Of a DNA stretch of 64,000 bases, positions 45,401-56,656 are shown in pieces. The translations under genes were made by a program, and so were the position numbers. The stretch comes from Eledone cirrhosa (Eukaryota). Within the stretch, counting starts at the first letter, position 1; the number at the start of each line of letters is the position of its first letter. The notes under the pieces are model-generated. The model was given only the letters and a program-made list of their open reading frames with translations. It had not been told where the DNA came from and ran no database searches. Location of the stretch: assembly GCA_964016885.1 (NCBI GenBank), contig OZ024751.1:2604001-2668000 (forward strand), written 5' to 3'.

Positions 45401-48400
45401 CCTGTTGAACTGTCATTTTGAACCTTCTCTGTTGAACTGTCATATTGAACCTTCCCTGTTGAACTGTCATGTTGAACCTTCTCTGTTTAACTGTCATATT
45501 GGAAATTGTCTGTTGAACTGTCATGCCGAACCATCCTTGTTGAACTGTCATGTTGAACCTTCTCTGTTGAACTGTCATACTGAACCTTCTCTGTTGAACT
45601 GTCATATTGAACCTTCTCTGTTTAACTGTCATATTGAACTTTCTCTTTTGAACTGTCATGCTGAACCTTCCCCGTTGAACTATCATATTGAACTTTCTCT
45701 GTTGAACTGTCATGTTGAACCTACTCTGTTGAACTGTCATGCTGAACCTTCTCTGTTTAACTGTCATGCTGAACCTTCCCTGTTGAACTGTCATGTTGCA
45801 ATTTCTCTGTTGAACTGTCATATTGAACTTTCTCTGTTGAACTGTCATACTGAAACTTCTCTGTTGAACTGTCATATTGAACCTTCCCTGATGAACTGTC
45901 ATTTTGAACCTTCTCTGTTGAACTGTCATATTGAACCTTCTCTGTTTAACTGTCATATTGGACATTCTCTGTTGAATTGTCATGCCAAACCATCCTTGTT
46001 GAACTGTCACGTTGAACCTTCTCTGTTGAACTGTCATATTGAACCTTCACTGTTGAACTGTCATGTTCGACCTTCTCTGTAGAACTGTCATATTGAACCT
46101 TCTCTGTTTAACTGTCATATTGAACTTTCTCTGTTGAACTGTCATGCTGAACCTTCTCTGTTGAACTGTCATGCTGAACCTTCCTTGTTGAACTGTCATG
46201 TTGAACCTTCCCTGTTGAACTGTCATGTTGGACGTTCTCTGTTTAACTGTCATATTGAACCTTCCCTGTTTAACTGTCATGTTGAACCTTCTCTGTTGAA
46301 CTGTCATATTGAACCTTCCCTGTTGAACCGTCATGTTGAACCTTCTCTGTTTAACTGTCATATTTAACTTTCTCTGTTGAACTGTCATGCTGAACCTTCC
46401 TTGTTGAACTGTCATGTTGAACCTTCTCTGTTGAACTGCCATATTGAACCTTTTCTGTTGAACTGTCATGCTGAATCTTCCCTTTTTAACTGTCATATTG
46501 AACATTCTCTGTTGAACTGTCATGCTGAACCTTCCCTGTTGAACTGTCACATTGAACCTTCCCTGTTGAACTGTCATATTGAACTTTCTCTGTTGAACTG
46601 TCATATTGAACCTTCACTGTTGAACTGTCATGTTCGACCTTCTCTGTAGAACTGTCATGTTGAACCTTCTCTGTTTAACTGTCATATTGAACTTTCTCTG
46701 TTGAACTGTCATACTGAACCTTCTCTGTTGAACTGTCATATTGAACCTTCCCTGTTGAACTGTCATGTTGCACCTTCTCTGTTGAACTGTCATATTGAAC
46801 TTTCTCTGTTGAACTGTCATGCTGAACCTTCCCTGTTGAACTGTCATGCTGAACCTTCCCTGTTGAACTGTTAGGTTGAACCTTCTCTGCTGAACTGTCA
46901 TATTGAACCTTCCCTGTTGAACCGTCATGTTGAACCTTCTCTGTTTAACTGTCATATTGAACTTTCTCTGTTGAACTCTCATGCTGAACCTTCCTTGTTG
47001 AACTGTCATGTTGAACCTTCTCTGTTGAACTGTCATATTGAACCTTTTCTGTTGAACTGTCATGCTGAATCTTCCCTTTTCAACTGTCATATTGAACATT
47101 CTCTGTTGAACTGTCATGCTGAACCTTCCCTGTTGAACTGTCACATTGAACCTTCCCTGTTTAACTATCATATTGAACTTTCTCTGTTGAACTGTCATGC
47201 TGAACCTTCTCTGTTTAACTGTCATATTGAACTTTCTCTGTTGAACAGGCATGCTGAAGCTTCCTTGTTGAACTGTCACATTGAACCTTCTCTGTTGAAC
47301 TGTCATATTGAACCTTCTCTTTTGAACTGTCATGCTGAACCTTCCTTGTTGAACTGTCATGTTGAACCTTCTCTGTTGAACTGTCACACTGAACCTTCTC
47401 TGTTGAACTGTCGTATTGAACCTTCCCTGTTGAACTGTCATGTTGGACCTTCCCTGTTTAACTCTCATATTGAACCTACCCTGTTGATCTGTCATCTTGA
47501 ACTTTCCCTGTTGAACTGTCATATTGAACTTTCTCATGCTGAACCATCCCTGTTTAACTGTCATGCTGAACCTTGTCTGTCGAACTGTCATATTGAAATT
47601 CTCTGTTGAACTGTCATGATTAACCTTCCCTGTGTAACTGTCATATTGAACTTTCTCTGTTGAACTGTCATGCTGAACCTTCCCTGTTGAACTGTCATAT
47701 TGAACCTTCTCTGTTGAACTGTCATGTTGGATCTTCTCTGTTTAACTCTCATATTGTACCTTCTCTGTTGAACTGTCATATTGAACTTTCTCTTTTTAAC
47801 TGTCATTCTGAATCTTCCCTGTTGAACTGTCATGTTGAACCTTCTCTGTTGAACTGTCAATTGAACCTTCCCTGTTGAACTGTCATATTGAACCTTCCCT
47901 GTTGAACTGTCATGTTGAACCTTCTCTGTTTAACTGTCATATTGAACTTTCTCAATTGAACTGTCATGCTGAACCATCCCTGTTGAACTGTCATATTGAA
48001 TCGTCTCTGTTGAACTGTCATGCTGAACATTCCTTGTTGAACTGTCATGTTGAACCTTCCCTGTTGAACTGTCATGTTGGACGTTCTCTGTTTAACTGTC
48101 ATATTGAACTTTCTCTGTTGAACTGTCATGCTGAACCTTCCTTGTTGAACTGTCATGTTGGACCTTCCCCGTGTAACTGTCATATTGAACCTTCTCTGTT
48201 TAACTGTCATATTGAACTTTCTCTGTTGAACTGTCATGCTGAACCTTCCCTGTTGAACTGCCATGTTGAACCTTCTCTGTTGAACTGTCATATTGAACTT
48301 TCCCTGTTGAACTGTCATGTTGAACCTTCTCTGTTGAACTGTCATATTGAACTTTCTCTGTTGAACTGTCATGCTGAACCTTCCCTGTTGAACTGTCATG

Positions 48401-51400
48401 TTGAACCTTCTCTGTTGAACTGTCATGCTGAACCTTCCCTTTTTAACTGTCATATTGAACGTTCTCTGTTGAACTGTCATACTGAACCTTCTCTGTTGAA
48501 CTGTCATATTGAACCTTCTCTGTTTAACTGTCATATTGAACTTTCTCTGTTGAACTGTCATGCTGAACCTTCCCTTTTGAACTGTCATGCTGAACATTCC
48601 CTGTTTAACTGTCATATTGAACTTTCTCTTTTGAACTGTCAGGCTGAACCTTCCCCGTTGAACTATCATATTGAACTTTCTCTGTTGAACTGTCATGTTG
48701 AACCTACTCTGTTGAACTGTCATGCTGAACCTTCTCTGTTTAACTGTCATGCTGAACCTTCCCTGTTGAACTGTCATGTTGTACTTTCTCTGTTGAACTG
48801 TCATATTGAACTTTTTCTGTTGAACTGTCATGCTGAACCTTCTCTGTTGAACTGTCATATTGAACCTTCCCTGATGAACTGTCATTTTGGACCTTCTCTG
48901 TTGAACTGTCATATTGAACCTTCTCTGTTTAACTGTCATATTGAACTTTCACTGTTGAACTGTCATGCTGAAGCTTCCCTGTTGAACTGTCATGCTGAAC
49001 CTTCCCTGTTTAACTGTCATGTTGAACTTTCTCTGTTGAACTGTCATGCTGAACCTTCCCTGTTGAACTATCATATTGAACTTACTCTGTTGAACTGTCA
49101 TGTTGAACCTACTCTGTTAAACTGTCATGCTGAACCTTCTCGGTTGAACTGTCATGCTGAACCTTCCCTGTTGAACTGTCATGTTGGACCTTCTCTGTTT
49201 AACTGTCATATTGAACCTTCTCTGTTGAACTGTCCTGCTGAACCTTCCCTGTTGGACTGTCATGTTGAACCTTCTCTGTTTAACTGTCATATTGAACTTT
49301 CACTGTTGAACTGTCATGCTGAAGCTTCCCTGTTGAACAGTCATGCTGAACCTTCCCTGTTTAACTGTCATGTTGAACATTCTCTGTTGAACTGTCATGC
49401 TGAACCTTCCCTGTTGAACTATCATATTGAACTTTCTCTGTTGAACTGTCATGTTGAACCTACTCTGTTAAACTGTCATGCTGAACCTTCTCTGTTGAAC
49501 TGTCATGCTGAACCTTCCCTGTTGAACTGTCATGTTGGACCTTCTCTGTTTAACTGTCATATTGAACCTTCTCTGTTTAACTGTCATGTTGAACCTTCTC
49601 TGTTGAACTGTCATATTGAACCTTCTCTTTTGAACTGTCATGTTGGACCTTCTCTGTTGAACTGTCATATTGAACCTTTCTCTGTAGAACTGTCATATTG
49701 AACCTTCTTTGTTTAACTGTGATATTGAACTTTCTCTGTTGAACTCTCATACTGAACCTTCTCTGTTGAACTGTCATATTGAACAATCTCTGTTGAGCTG
49801 TCATGCTGAACCTTCTCCGTTTAACTGTCATATTGAACCTTCTCTGTTTAACTGTCATATTGAACTTTCTCTGTTGAACTGTCATGCTGAACCTTCCCTT
49901 TTGAACTGTCATGCTGAACATTCCCTGTTTAACTGTCATATTGAACTTTCTCTTTTGAACTGTCATGCTGAACCTTCCCCGTTGAACTATCATATTGAAC
50001 TTTCTCTGTTGAACTGTCATGTTGAACCTACTCTGTTGAACTGTCATGCTGAACCTTCTCTGTTTAACTGTCATGCTGAACCTTCCCTGTTGAACTGTCA
50101 TGTTGCACTTTCTCTGTTGAACTGTCATATTGAACTTTCTCTGTTGAACTGTCATGCTGAACCTTCTCTGTTGAACTGTCATATTGAACCTTCCCTGATG
50201 AACTGTCATTTTGAACCTTCTCTGTTGAACTGTCATATTGAACCTTCTCTGTTTAACTGTCATATTGGACATTCTCTGTTGAATTGTCATGCCAAACCAT
50301 CCTTGTTGAACTGTCACGTTGAACATTCTCTGTTGAACTGTCATATTGAACCTTCACTGTTGAACTGTCATGTTCGACCTTCTCTGTAGAACTGTCATAT
50401 TGAACCTTCTCTGTTTAACTGTCATATTGAACTTTCTCTGTTGAACTGTCATACTGAACCTTCTCTGTTGAACTGTCATATTGAACCTTCCCTGTTGAAC
50501 TGTCATGTTGGACCTTCCCTGTTGAACTGTCATGTTGCACCTTCTCTGTTGAACTGTCATATTGAACTTTCTCTGTTGAACTGTCATGCTGAATCTTCCC
50601 TGTTGAACTGTCATGCTGAACCTTCCCTGTTGAACTGTCATGTTGGACCTTCTCTGTTGAACTGTCATATTGAACCTTCCCTGTTGAACCGCCATGTTGA
50701 ACCTTCTCTGTTTAACTGTCATATTGAACTTTCTCTGTTGAACTGTCATGCTGAACCTTCCTTGTTGAACTGTCATGTTGAACCTTCTCTGTTGAACTGC
50801 CATATTGAACCTTTTCTGTTGAACTGTCATGCTGAATCTTCCCTTTTTAACTGTCATATTGAACATTCTCTGTTGAACTGTCATGCTGAACCTTCCCTGT
50901 TGAACTGTCACATTGAACCTTCCCTGTTGAACTGTCATATTGAACTTTCTCTGTTGAAATATCATATTGAACCTTCACTGTTGAACTGTCATGTTCGACC
51001 TTCTCTGTAGAACTGTCATATGGAACCTTCTCTGTTTAACTGTCATATTGAACTTTCTCTGTTGAACTGTCATACTGAACCTTCTCTGTTGAACTGTCAT
51101 ATTGAACCTTCCCTGTTGAACTGTCATGTTGGACCTTCCCTGTTGAACTGTCATGTTGCACCTTCTCTGTTGAACTGTCATATTGAACTTTCTCTGTTGA
51201 ACTGTCATGCTGAACCTTCCCTGTTGAACTGTCATGCTGAACCTTCCCTGTTGAACTGTCATGTTGAACCTTCTCTGCTGAACTGTCATATTGAACCTTC
51301 CCTGTTGAACCATCATGTTGAACCTTCTCTGTTTAACTGTCATATTGAACTTTCTCTGTTGAACTCTCATGCTGAACCTTCCTTGTTGAACTGTCATGTT

Positions 51401-54400
51401 GAACCTTCTCTGTTGAACTGTCATATTGAACCTTTTCTGTTGAACTGTCATGCTGAATCTTCCCTTTTCAACTGTCATATTGAACATTCTCTGTTGAACT
51501 GTCATGCTGAACCGTCCCTGTTGAACTGTCACTTTGAACCTTCCCTGTTGAACTGTCATATTGAACTTTCTCTGTTTAACTATCATATTGAACTTTCTCT
51601 GTTGAACTGTCATGCTGAACCTTCTCTGTTTAACTGTCATATTGAACTTTCTCTGTTGAACAGTCATGCTGAATCTTCCTTGTTGAACTGTCACGTTGAA
51701 CCTTCTCTGTTGAACTGTCATATTGAACCTTCTCTTTTGAACTGTCATGCTGAACCTTCCCTGTTGAACTGTCATGTTGAACCTTCTCTGTTGAACTGTC
51801 ACACTGAACCTTCTCTGTTGAACTGTCGTATTGAACCTTCCCTGTTGAACTGTCATGTTGGACCTTCCCTGTTTAACTCTCATATTGAACCTACCCTGTT
51901 GATCTGTCATCTTGAACTTTCCCTGTTGAACTGTCATATTGAACTTTCTCATGCTGAACCATCCCTGTTTAACTGTCATGCTGAACCTTGTCTGTTGAAC
52001 TGTCATATTGAACTTTCTCTGTTGAACTGTCATGATTAACCTTCCCTGTGTAACTGTCATATTGAACTTTCTCTGTTGAACTGTCATGCTGAACCTTCCC
52101 TGTTGAACTGTCATATTGAACCTTCTCTGTTGAACTGTCATGTTGGATCTTATCTGTTTAACTCTCATATTGAACCTTCTCTGTTGAACTGTCATATTGA
52201 ACTTTCTCTTTTTATCTGTCATTCTGAATCTTCCCTGTTGAACTGTCATGTTGAACCTTCTCTGTTGAACTGTCAATTGAACCTTCCCTGTTGAACTGTC
52301 ATGTTGAACTGTCATATTGAACCTTCCCTGTTTAACTGTCATATTGAACTTTCTCAATTGAACTGTCATGCTGAACCATCCCTGTTGAACTGTCATATTG
52401 AATCTTCTCTGTTGAACTGTCATGCTGAACCTTCCTTGTTGAACTGTCATGTTGAACCTTCCCTGTTGAACTGTCATGTTGGACGTTCTCTGTTTAACTG
52501 TCATATTGAACCTTCCCTTTTGAACTGTCATGTTGAACCTTCTCTGTTGAACTGTCATATTGAACCTTCCCTGTTGAACCGTCATGTTGAACCTTCTCTG
52601 TTTAACTGTCATATTGAACTTTCTCTGTTGAACTGTCATGCTGAACCTTCCTTGTTGAACTGTCATGTTGAACCTTCTCTGTTGAACTGCCATATTGAAC
52701 CTTTTCTGTTGAACTGTCATGCTGAATCTTCCCTTTTTAACTGTCATATTGAACATTCTCTGTTGAACTGTCATGCTGAACCTTCCCTGTTGAACTGTCA
52801 CATTGAACCTTCCCTGTTGAACTGTCATATTGAACTTTCTCTGTTGAACTGTCATATTGAACCTTCACTGTTGAACTGTCATGTTCGACCTTCTCTGTAG
52901 AACTGTCATATTGAACCTTCTCTGTTTAACTGTCATATTGAACTTTCTCTGTTGAACTGTCATACTGAACCTTCTCTGTTGAACTGTCATATTGAACCTT
53001 CCCTGTTGAACTGTCATGTTGGACCTTCCCTGTTGAACTGTCATGTTGCACCTTCTCTGTTGAACTGTCATATTGAACTTTCTCTGTTGAACTGTCATGC
53101 TGAACCTTCCCTGTTGAACTGTCATGCTGAACCTTCCCTGTTGAACTGTCATGTTGAACCTTCTCTGCTGAACTGTCATATTGAACCTTCCCTGTTGAAC
53201 CGTCATGTTGAACCTTCTCTGTTTAACTGTCATATTGAACATTCTCTGTTGAACTCTCATGCTGAACCTTCCTTGTTGAACTGTCATGTTGAACCTTCTC
53301 TGTTGAACTGTCATATTGAACCTTTTCTGTTGAACTGTCATGCTGAATCTTCCCTTTTCAACTGTCATATTGAACATTCTCTGTTGAACTGTCATGCTGA
53401 ACCTTCCCTGTTGAACTGTCACATTGAACCTTCCCTGTTGAACTGTCATATTGAACTTTCTCTGTTTAACTATCATATTGAACTTTCTCTGTTGAACTGT
53501 CATGCTGAACCTTCTCTGTTTAACTGTCATATTGAACTTTCTCTGTTGAACAGTCATGCTGAAGCTTCCTTGTTGAACTGTCACGTTGAACCTTCTCTGT
53601 TGAACTGTCATATTGAACCTTCTCTTTTGAACTGTCATGCTGAACCTTCCCTGTTGAACTGTCATGTTGAACCTTCTCTGTTGAACTGTCACACTGAACC
53701 TTCTCTGTTGAACTGTCGTATTGAACCTTCCCTGTTGAACTGTCATATTGAACTTTCTCATGCTGAACCATCCCTGTTTAACTGTCATGCTGAACCTTGT
53801 CTGTTGAACTGTCATATTGAACTTTCTCTGTTGAACTGTCATGATTACCCTTCCCTGTGTAACTGTCATATTGAACTTTCTCTGTTGAACTGTCATGCTG
53901 AACCTTCCCTGTTGAACTGTCATATTGAACCTTCTCTGTTGAACTGTCATGTTAGATCTTCTCTGTTTAACTCTCATATTGAACCTTCTCTGTTGAACTG
54001 TCATATTGAACTTTCTCTTTTTAACTGTCATTCTGAATCTTCCCTGTTGAACTGTCATGTTGAACCTTTTCTGTTGAACTGTCAATTGAACCTTCCCTGT
54101 TGAACTGTCATATTGAACCTTCCCTGTTGAACTGTCATGTTGAACCTTCTCTGTTTAACTGTCATATTGAACTTTCTCAATTGAACTGTCATGCTGAACC
54201 ATCCCTGTTGAACTGTCATATTGAATCGTCTCTGTTGAACTGTCATGCTGAACCTTCCTTGTTGAACTGTCATGTTGAACCTTCCCTGTTGAACTGTCAT
54301 GTTGGACGTTCTCTGTTTAACTGTCATATTGAACTTTCTCTGTTGAACTGTCATGCTGAACCTTCCTTGTTGAACTGTCATGTTGGACCTTCCCCGTTTA

Positions 54401-55194
54401 ACTGTCATATTGAACCTTCTCTGTTTAACTGTCATATTGAACTTTCTCTGTTGAACTGTCATGCTGAACCTTCCCTGTTGAACTGCCATGTTGAACCTTC
54501 TCTGTTGAACTGTCATATTGAACTTTCCCTGTTGAACTGTCATGTTGAACCTTCTCTGTTGAACTGTCATATTGAACTTTCTCTGTTGAACTGTCATGCT
54601 GAACCTTCCCTGTTGAACTGTCATGTTGAACCTTCTCTGTTGAACTGTCATGCTGAACCTTCTCTGTTGAACTGTCATGTTGGACCTTCTCTGTTTAACT
54701 GTCATATTGAACCTTCTCTGTTGAACTGTCATATTGAACCTTTTTTTTAGCGGTACACGTATCAATGGAAAACTTAGCTACTACGTGCACTTCAATCTAA
54801 CCAGTATCCATTTCCTTTAATCGAAGAACTGAAACACTCATCGTAAAAACCGACGAAAGTTCATTTTTCTATATTCGATTTTACTTCTTTTCGCCATGGT
54901 AACGTTAATATCCTAAATCAGAAAGTTCATCAGTTTCTTTATAAATTAGTATGGTTTGAAGAAAGATAAAAGGGGGAAAAAACCAAAATAAACGTAAGAG
55001 AATTTCCTGTTCGATATCAGCATAAATCGATCAAGTCTGATATTGAACTATTCGATATCCCCCCGCCCCCACATGTTATCTCGGTTAGTCAAGGCTAATA
55101 GAGTTGGCTGAAAATCAACCAAGTATATGGACCCAACTACAGATTAGTAAGCATTCTTGGCGAAATATTACTATACAGTTGTAATCATTTTCTG

Positions 55195-55638
55195 GCTGTA
55201 GCTGTTGTTGTTATAGTTGTTGTAGTGGTGTCGTTGTTGTTGTTGGTGTAATCGGTAGTTGTTGTTGTGTTTGTTGTTGTTGTGTTGTTATAGCTGTTGT
55301 TGTAGATGTGGTGCTGTAATCGTTTTGTTGATGTAGTTGTTGTGGTGTTGTTGTTGTTGTGTTTGTTGTTGCTGTTGTTGTAGATGTGGTGCTGTAATCA
55401 TTTTGTTGTTGTAGCTGTAGTTGTTGTTGATGTGGTTGTTGTTGTAGCTGTCCTTGTTGTAAATGCTGTTGTTGTTGTAGTTGTTGTATATGTTGTGGTG
55501 TTGTTGTAGTTGTTGTTTGTAATATTGTTGTAGTTGTTGTAGTTTGTAATATTGTCGTTGTTGTTGTAGTTGTTTGTAATATTGTCGTTGTTGTTGTAGT
55601 TGTTCTTGTCGTCGTTGTTGTTGTTGCTGTTGTTGTTG
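55195..55638. repeat. Degenerate (GTT/GTA)n trinucleotide low-complexity tract
   Basis: Run of gtt/gta/gct triplets with internal duplications ('tgttgttgtagatgtggtgctgtaatc' twice; ~30-bp 'gtttgtaatattgtcgttgttgttgtagtt' units). It accounts for the poly-T/Q/N ORFs. Confidence 0.92.
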
Positions 55639-55856
55639 CACAAATTACTGTTTTACAACATAAAGCGATCTTAAATTCAATAATACTGACATCAGTGCAC
55701 AATATTAATAATTTTCATTATAAGCAAAAACAATATAAAGTTGGACGATTCCATTTTCAATTCATTATTTATAGTGCCAAAAGTAGAAACAATTATTTAT
55801 AGGCGAGTCCAATTTGTTATCAGCAATCAGGTCATGACTCCTGAATACTCCTAGCT

Positions 55857-55961
55857 AACACACACACTGTCACACACACTGTCACACACACACACACTGA
55901 GAGATAATAAAAGGAGACTGACACATTTTTATGCAATTATAGTTTTCTTGTGCCCACTATG

Positions 55962-56030
<69 letters not shown>

Positions 56031-56131
56031 GTGTGTGTGTGCATATATCTTCTTTTTTGTACACTTATACTTGGTAGGTTCGCGGGGGCAGTCCTCATAT
56101 ATGATATATTACACACACACACATACATATA
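55857..56131. repeat. Compound (CA)n/(TA)n/(TG)n microsatellites
   Basis: (CA)n about 55857-55897, (TA)n about 55961-55996, (TG)n about 56000-56041, (CA)n about 56111-56131. Confidence 0.9.
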
Positions 56132-56297
56132 TGCAAAAAGTAAACAGAAATAACAAAACAAACGATACAGTAGAATGAAAAATATATTAGTTTAACGCTT
56201 AATATAGTAAGAAAACATTTTGGATATTAGTCCTTTATTAGATGATGAAAAATAAAAGATGAAACAGAAAGATAGAGAGTAAGAATATATATATATA

Positions 56298-56640
56298 TCA
56301 TCATCATCATCATTTCATTTTACGTCCGCTTTTTCCCTGCTTGCAAGGGTGGGACGGGAACTGATTCTGGCTTGATTTCTACAGCTGGATGCCCTTCCTA
56401 ACACCAACCTCATTTACAGTGAGTGCTGGGTGCTTTTTTGCCGTGGCACCTCCACGACCACTTTGCAGTGGAATGATAGGGACCCCAGTCCCTATCATCT
56501 CATTTCTACAGCTGAGTAAACTGGAGCAATGTGAAATAAAGTGTCTTGCTCAAGGAAACAACACACCACCCGGTTTGAGAATTGAACTCACAACCTTTCG
56601 ATTGCAAGGCCAATGCTCTAACCACTAAGCCATGTGCCTC
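56298..56640 (-). mobile_element. tRNA-derived SINE (possibly composite) lying in a (TA)n tract
   Basis: The minus strand starts gaggcacaTGGCTTAGTGGttagagc (A box, 56632-56622) and has GAGTTCAATTC (B-box-like, 56589-56579). It continues with a conserved-domain-like 'ccttgagcaagacactttatttcac' and ends in 'ggaagggcatccagctgtagaaa...ggacgtaaa' plus a (TGA)n tail. (TA)n lies on both sides. Confidence 0.8.
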
Positions 56641-56656
56641 CATATATATATATATA

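Larger units (their letters stand above)
1..54742. repeat. 27-bp tandem satellite array, about 2,000 monomers, single orientation, truncated by the left window edge
   Basis: Continuous head-to-tail copies of ttgaactgtcatattgaaccttctctg and variants (spacer tat/tgc/tgt/tac, cct/ctt, tct/tcc, ttg/ttt, gaa/gga). The last monomer ends at ...ttgaacctt before a T-run at about 54742. 54742/27 is about 2027 units. Confidence 0.98.

Noticed and set aside
1-54742. CRISPR array
   Set aside because: There are no unique spacers, the units are contiguous near-identical monomers, there are no cas genes, and the context is eukaryotic.
1-54742. C2H2 zinc-finger or leucine-rich-repeat gene cluster suggested by the Cys/His/Leu periodicity
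   Set aside because: A 9-aa period with adjacent C-H does not fit CxxC-x12-HxxxH or the 20-29-aa LRR consensus.
1-54742. Pol III B-boxes in the minus-strand GGTTCAA/AGTTCAA motifs, or a telomeric repeat
   Set aside because: The motifs lack the terminal CC of GTTCRANNCC and any A box, and there is no TTAGGG-like G-rich unit.
78-54765. The many satellite-derived ORFs (NCHIEPSLL and MTVQQRRF repeats) as protein-coding genes
   Set aside because: They follow from a stop-free 27-bp (9-codon) monomer, overlap on both strands, often start at TTG, and are cut by stops and frameshifts that are copied along with the duplications. There is no unique domain or synonymous bias.
55038-55050. 'tgatattgaact' as a detached satellite relic
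   Set aside because: It is only about 12 bp in AT-rich DNA with no flanking periodicity, which is compatible with chance.
55211-56178. Poly-Q/T/N and YIYI/VCVC ORFs (also 57862-58158, 59011-59262 and 63683-63925)
   Set aside because: They are translations of microsatellites.
56570-56640. Functional tRNA gene
   Set aside because: A and B boxes are present, but the sequence continues into a SINE body and I cannot fold a proper acceptor stem.
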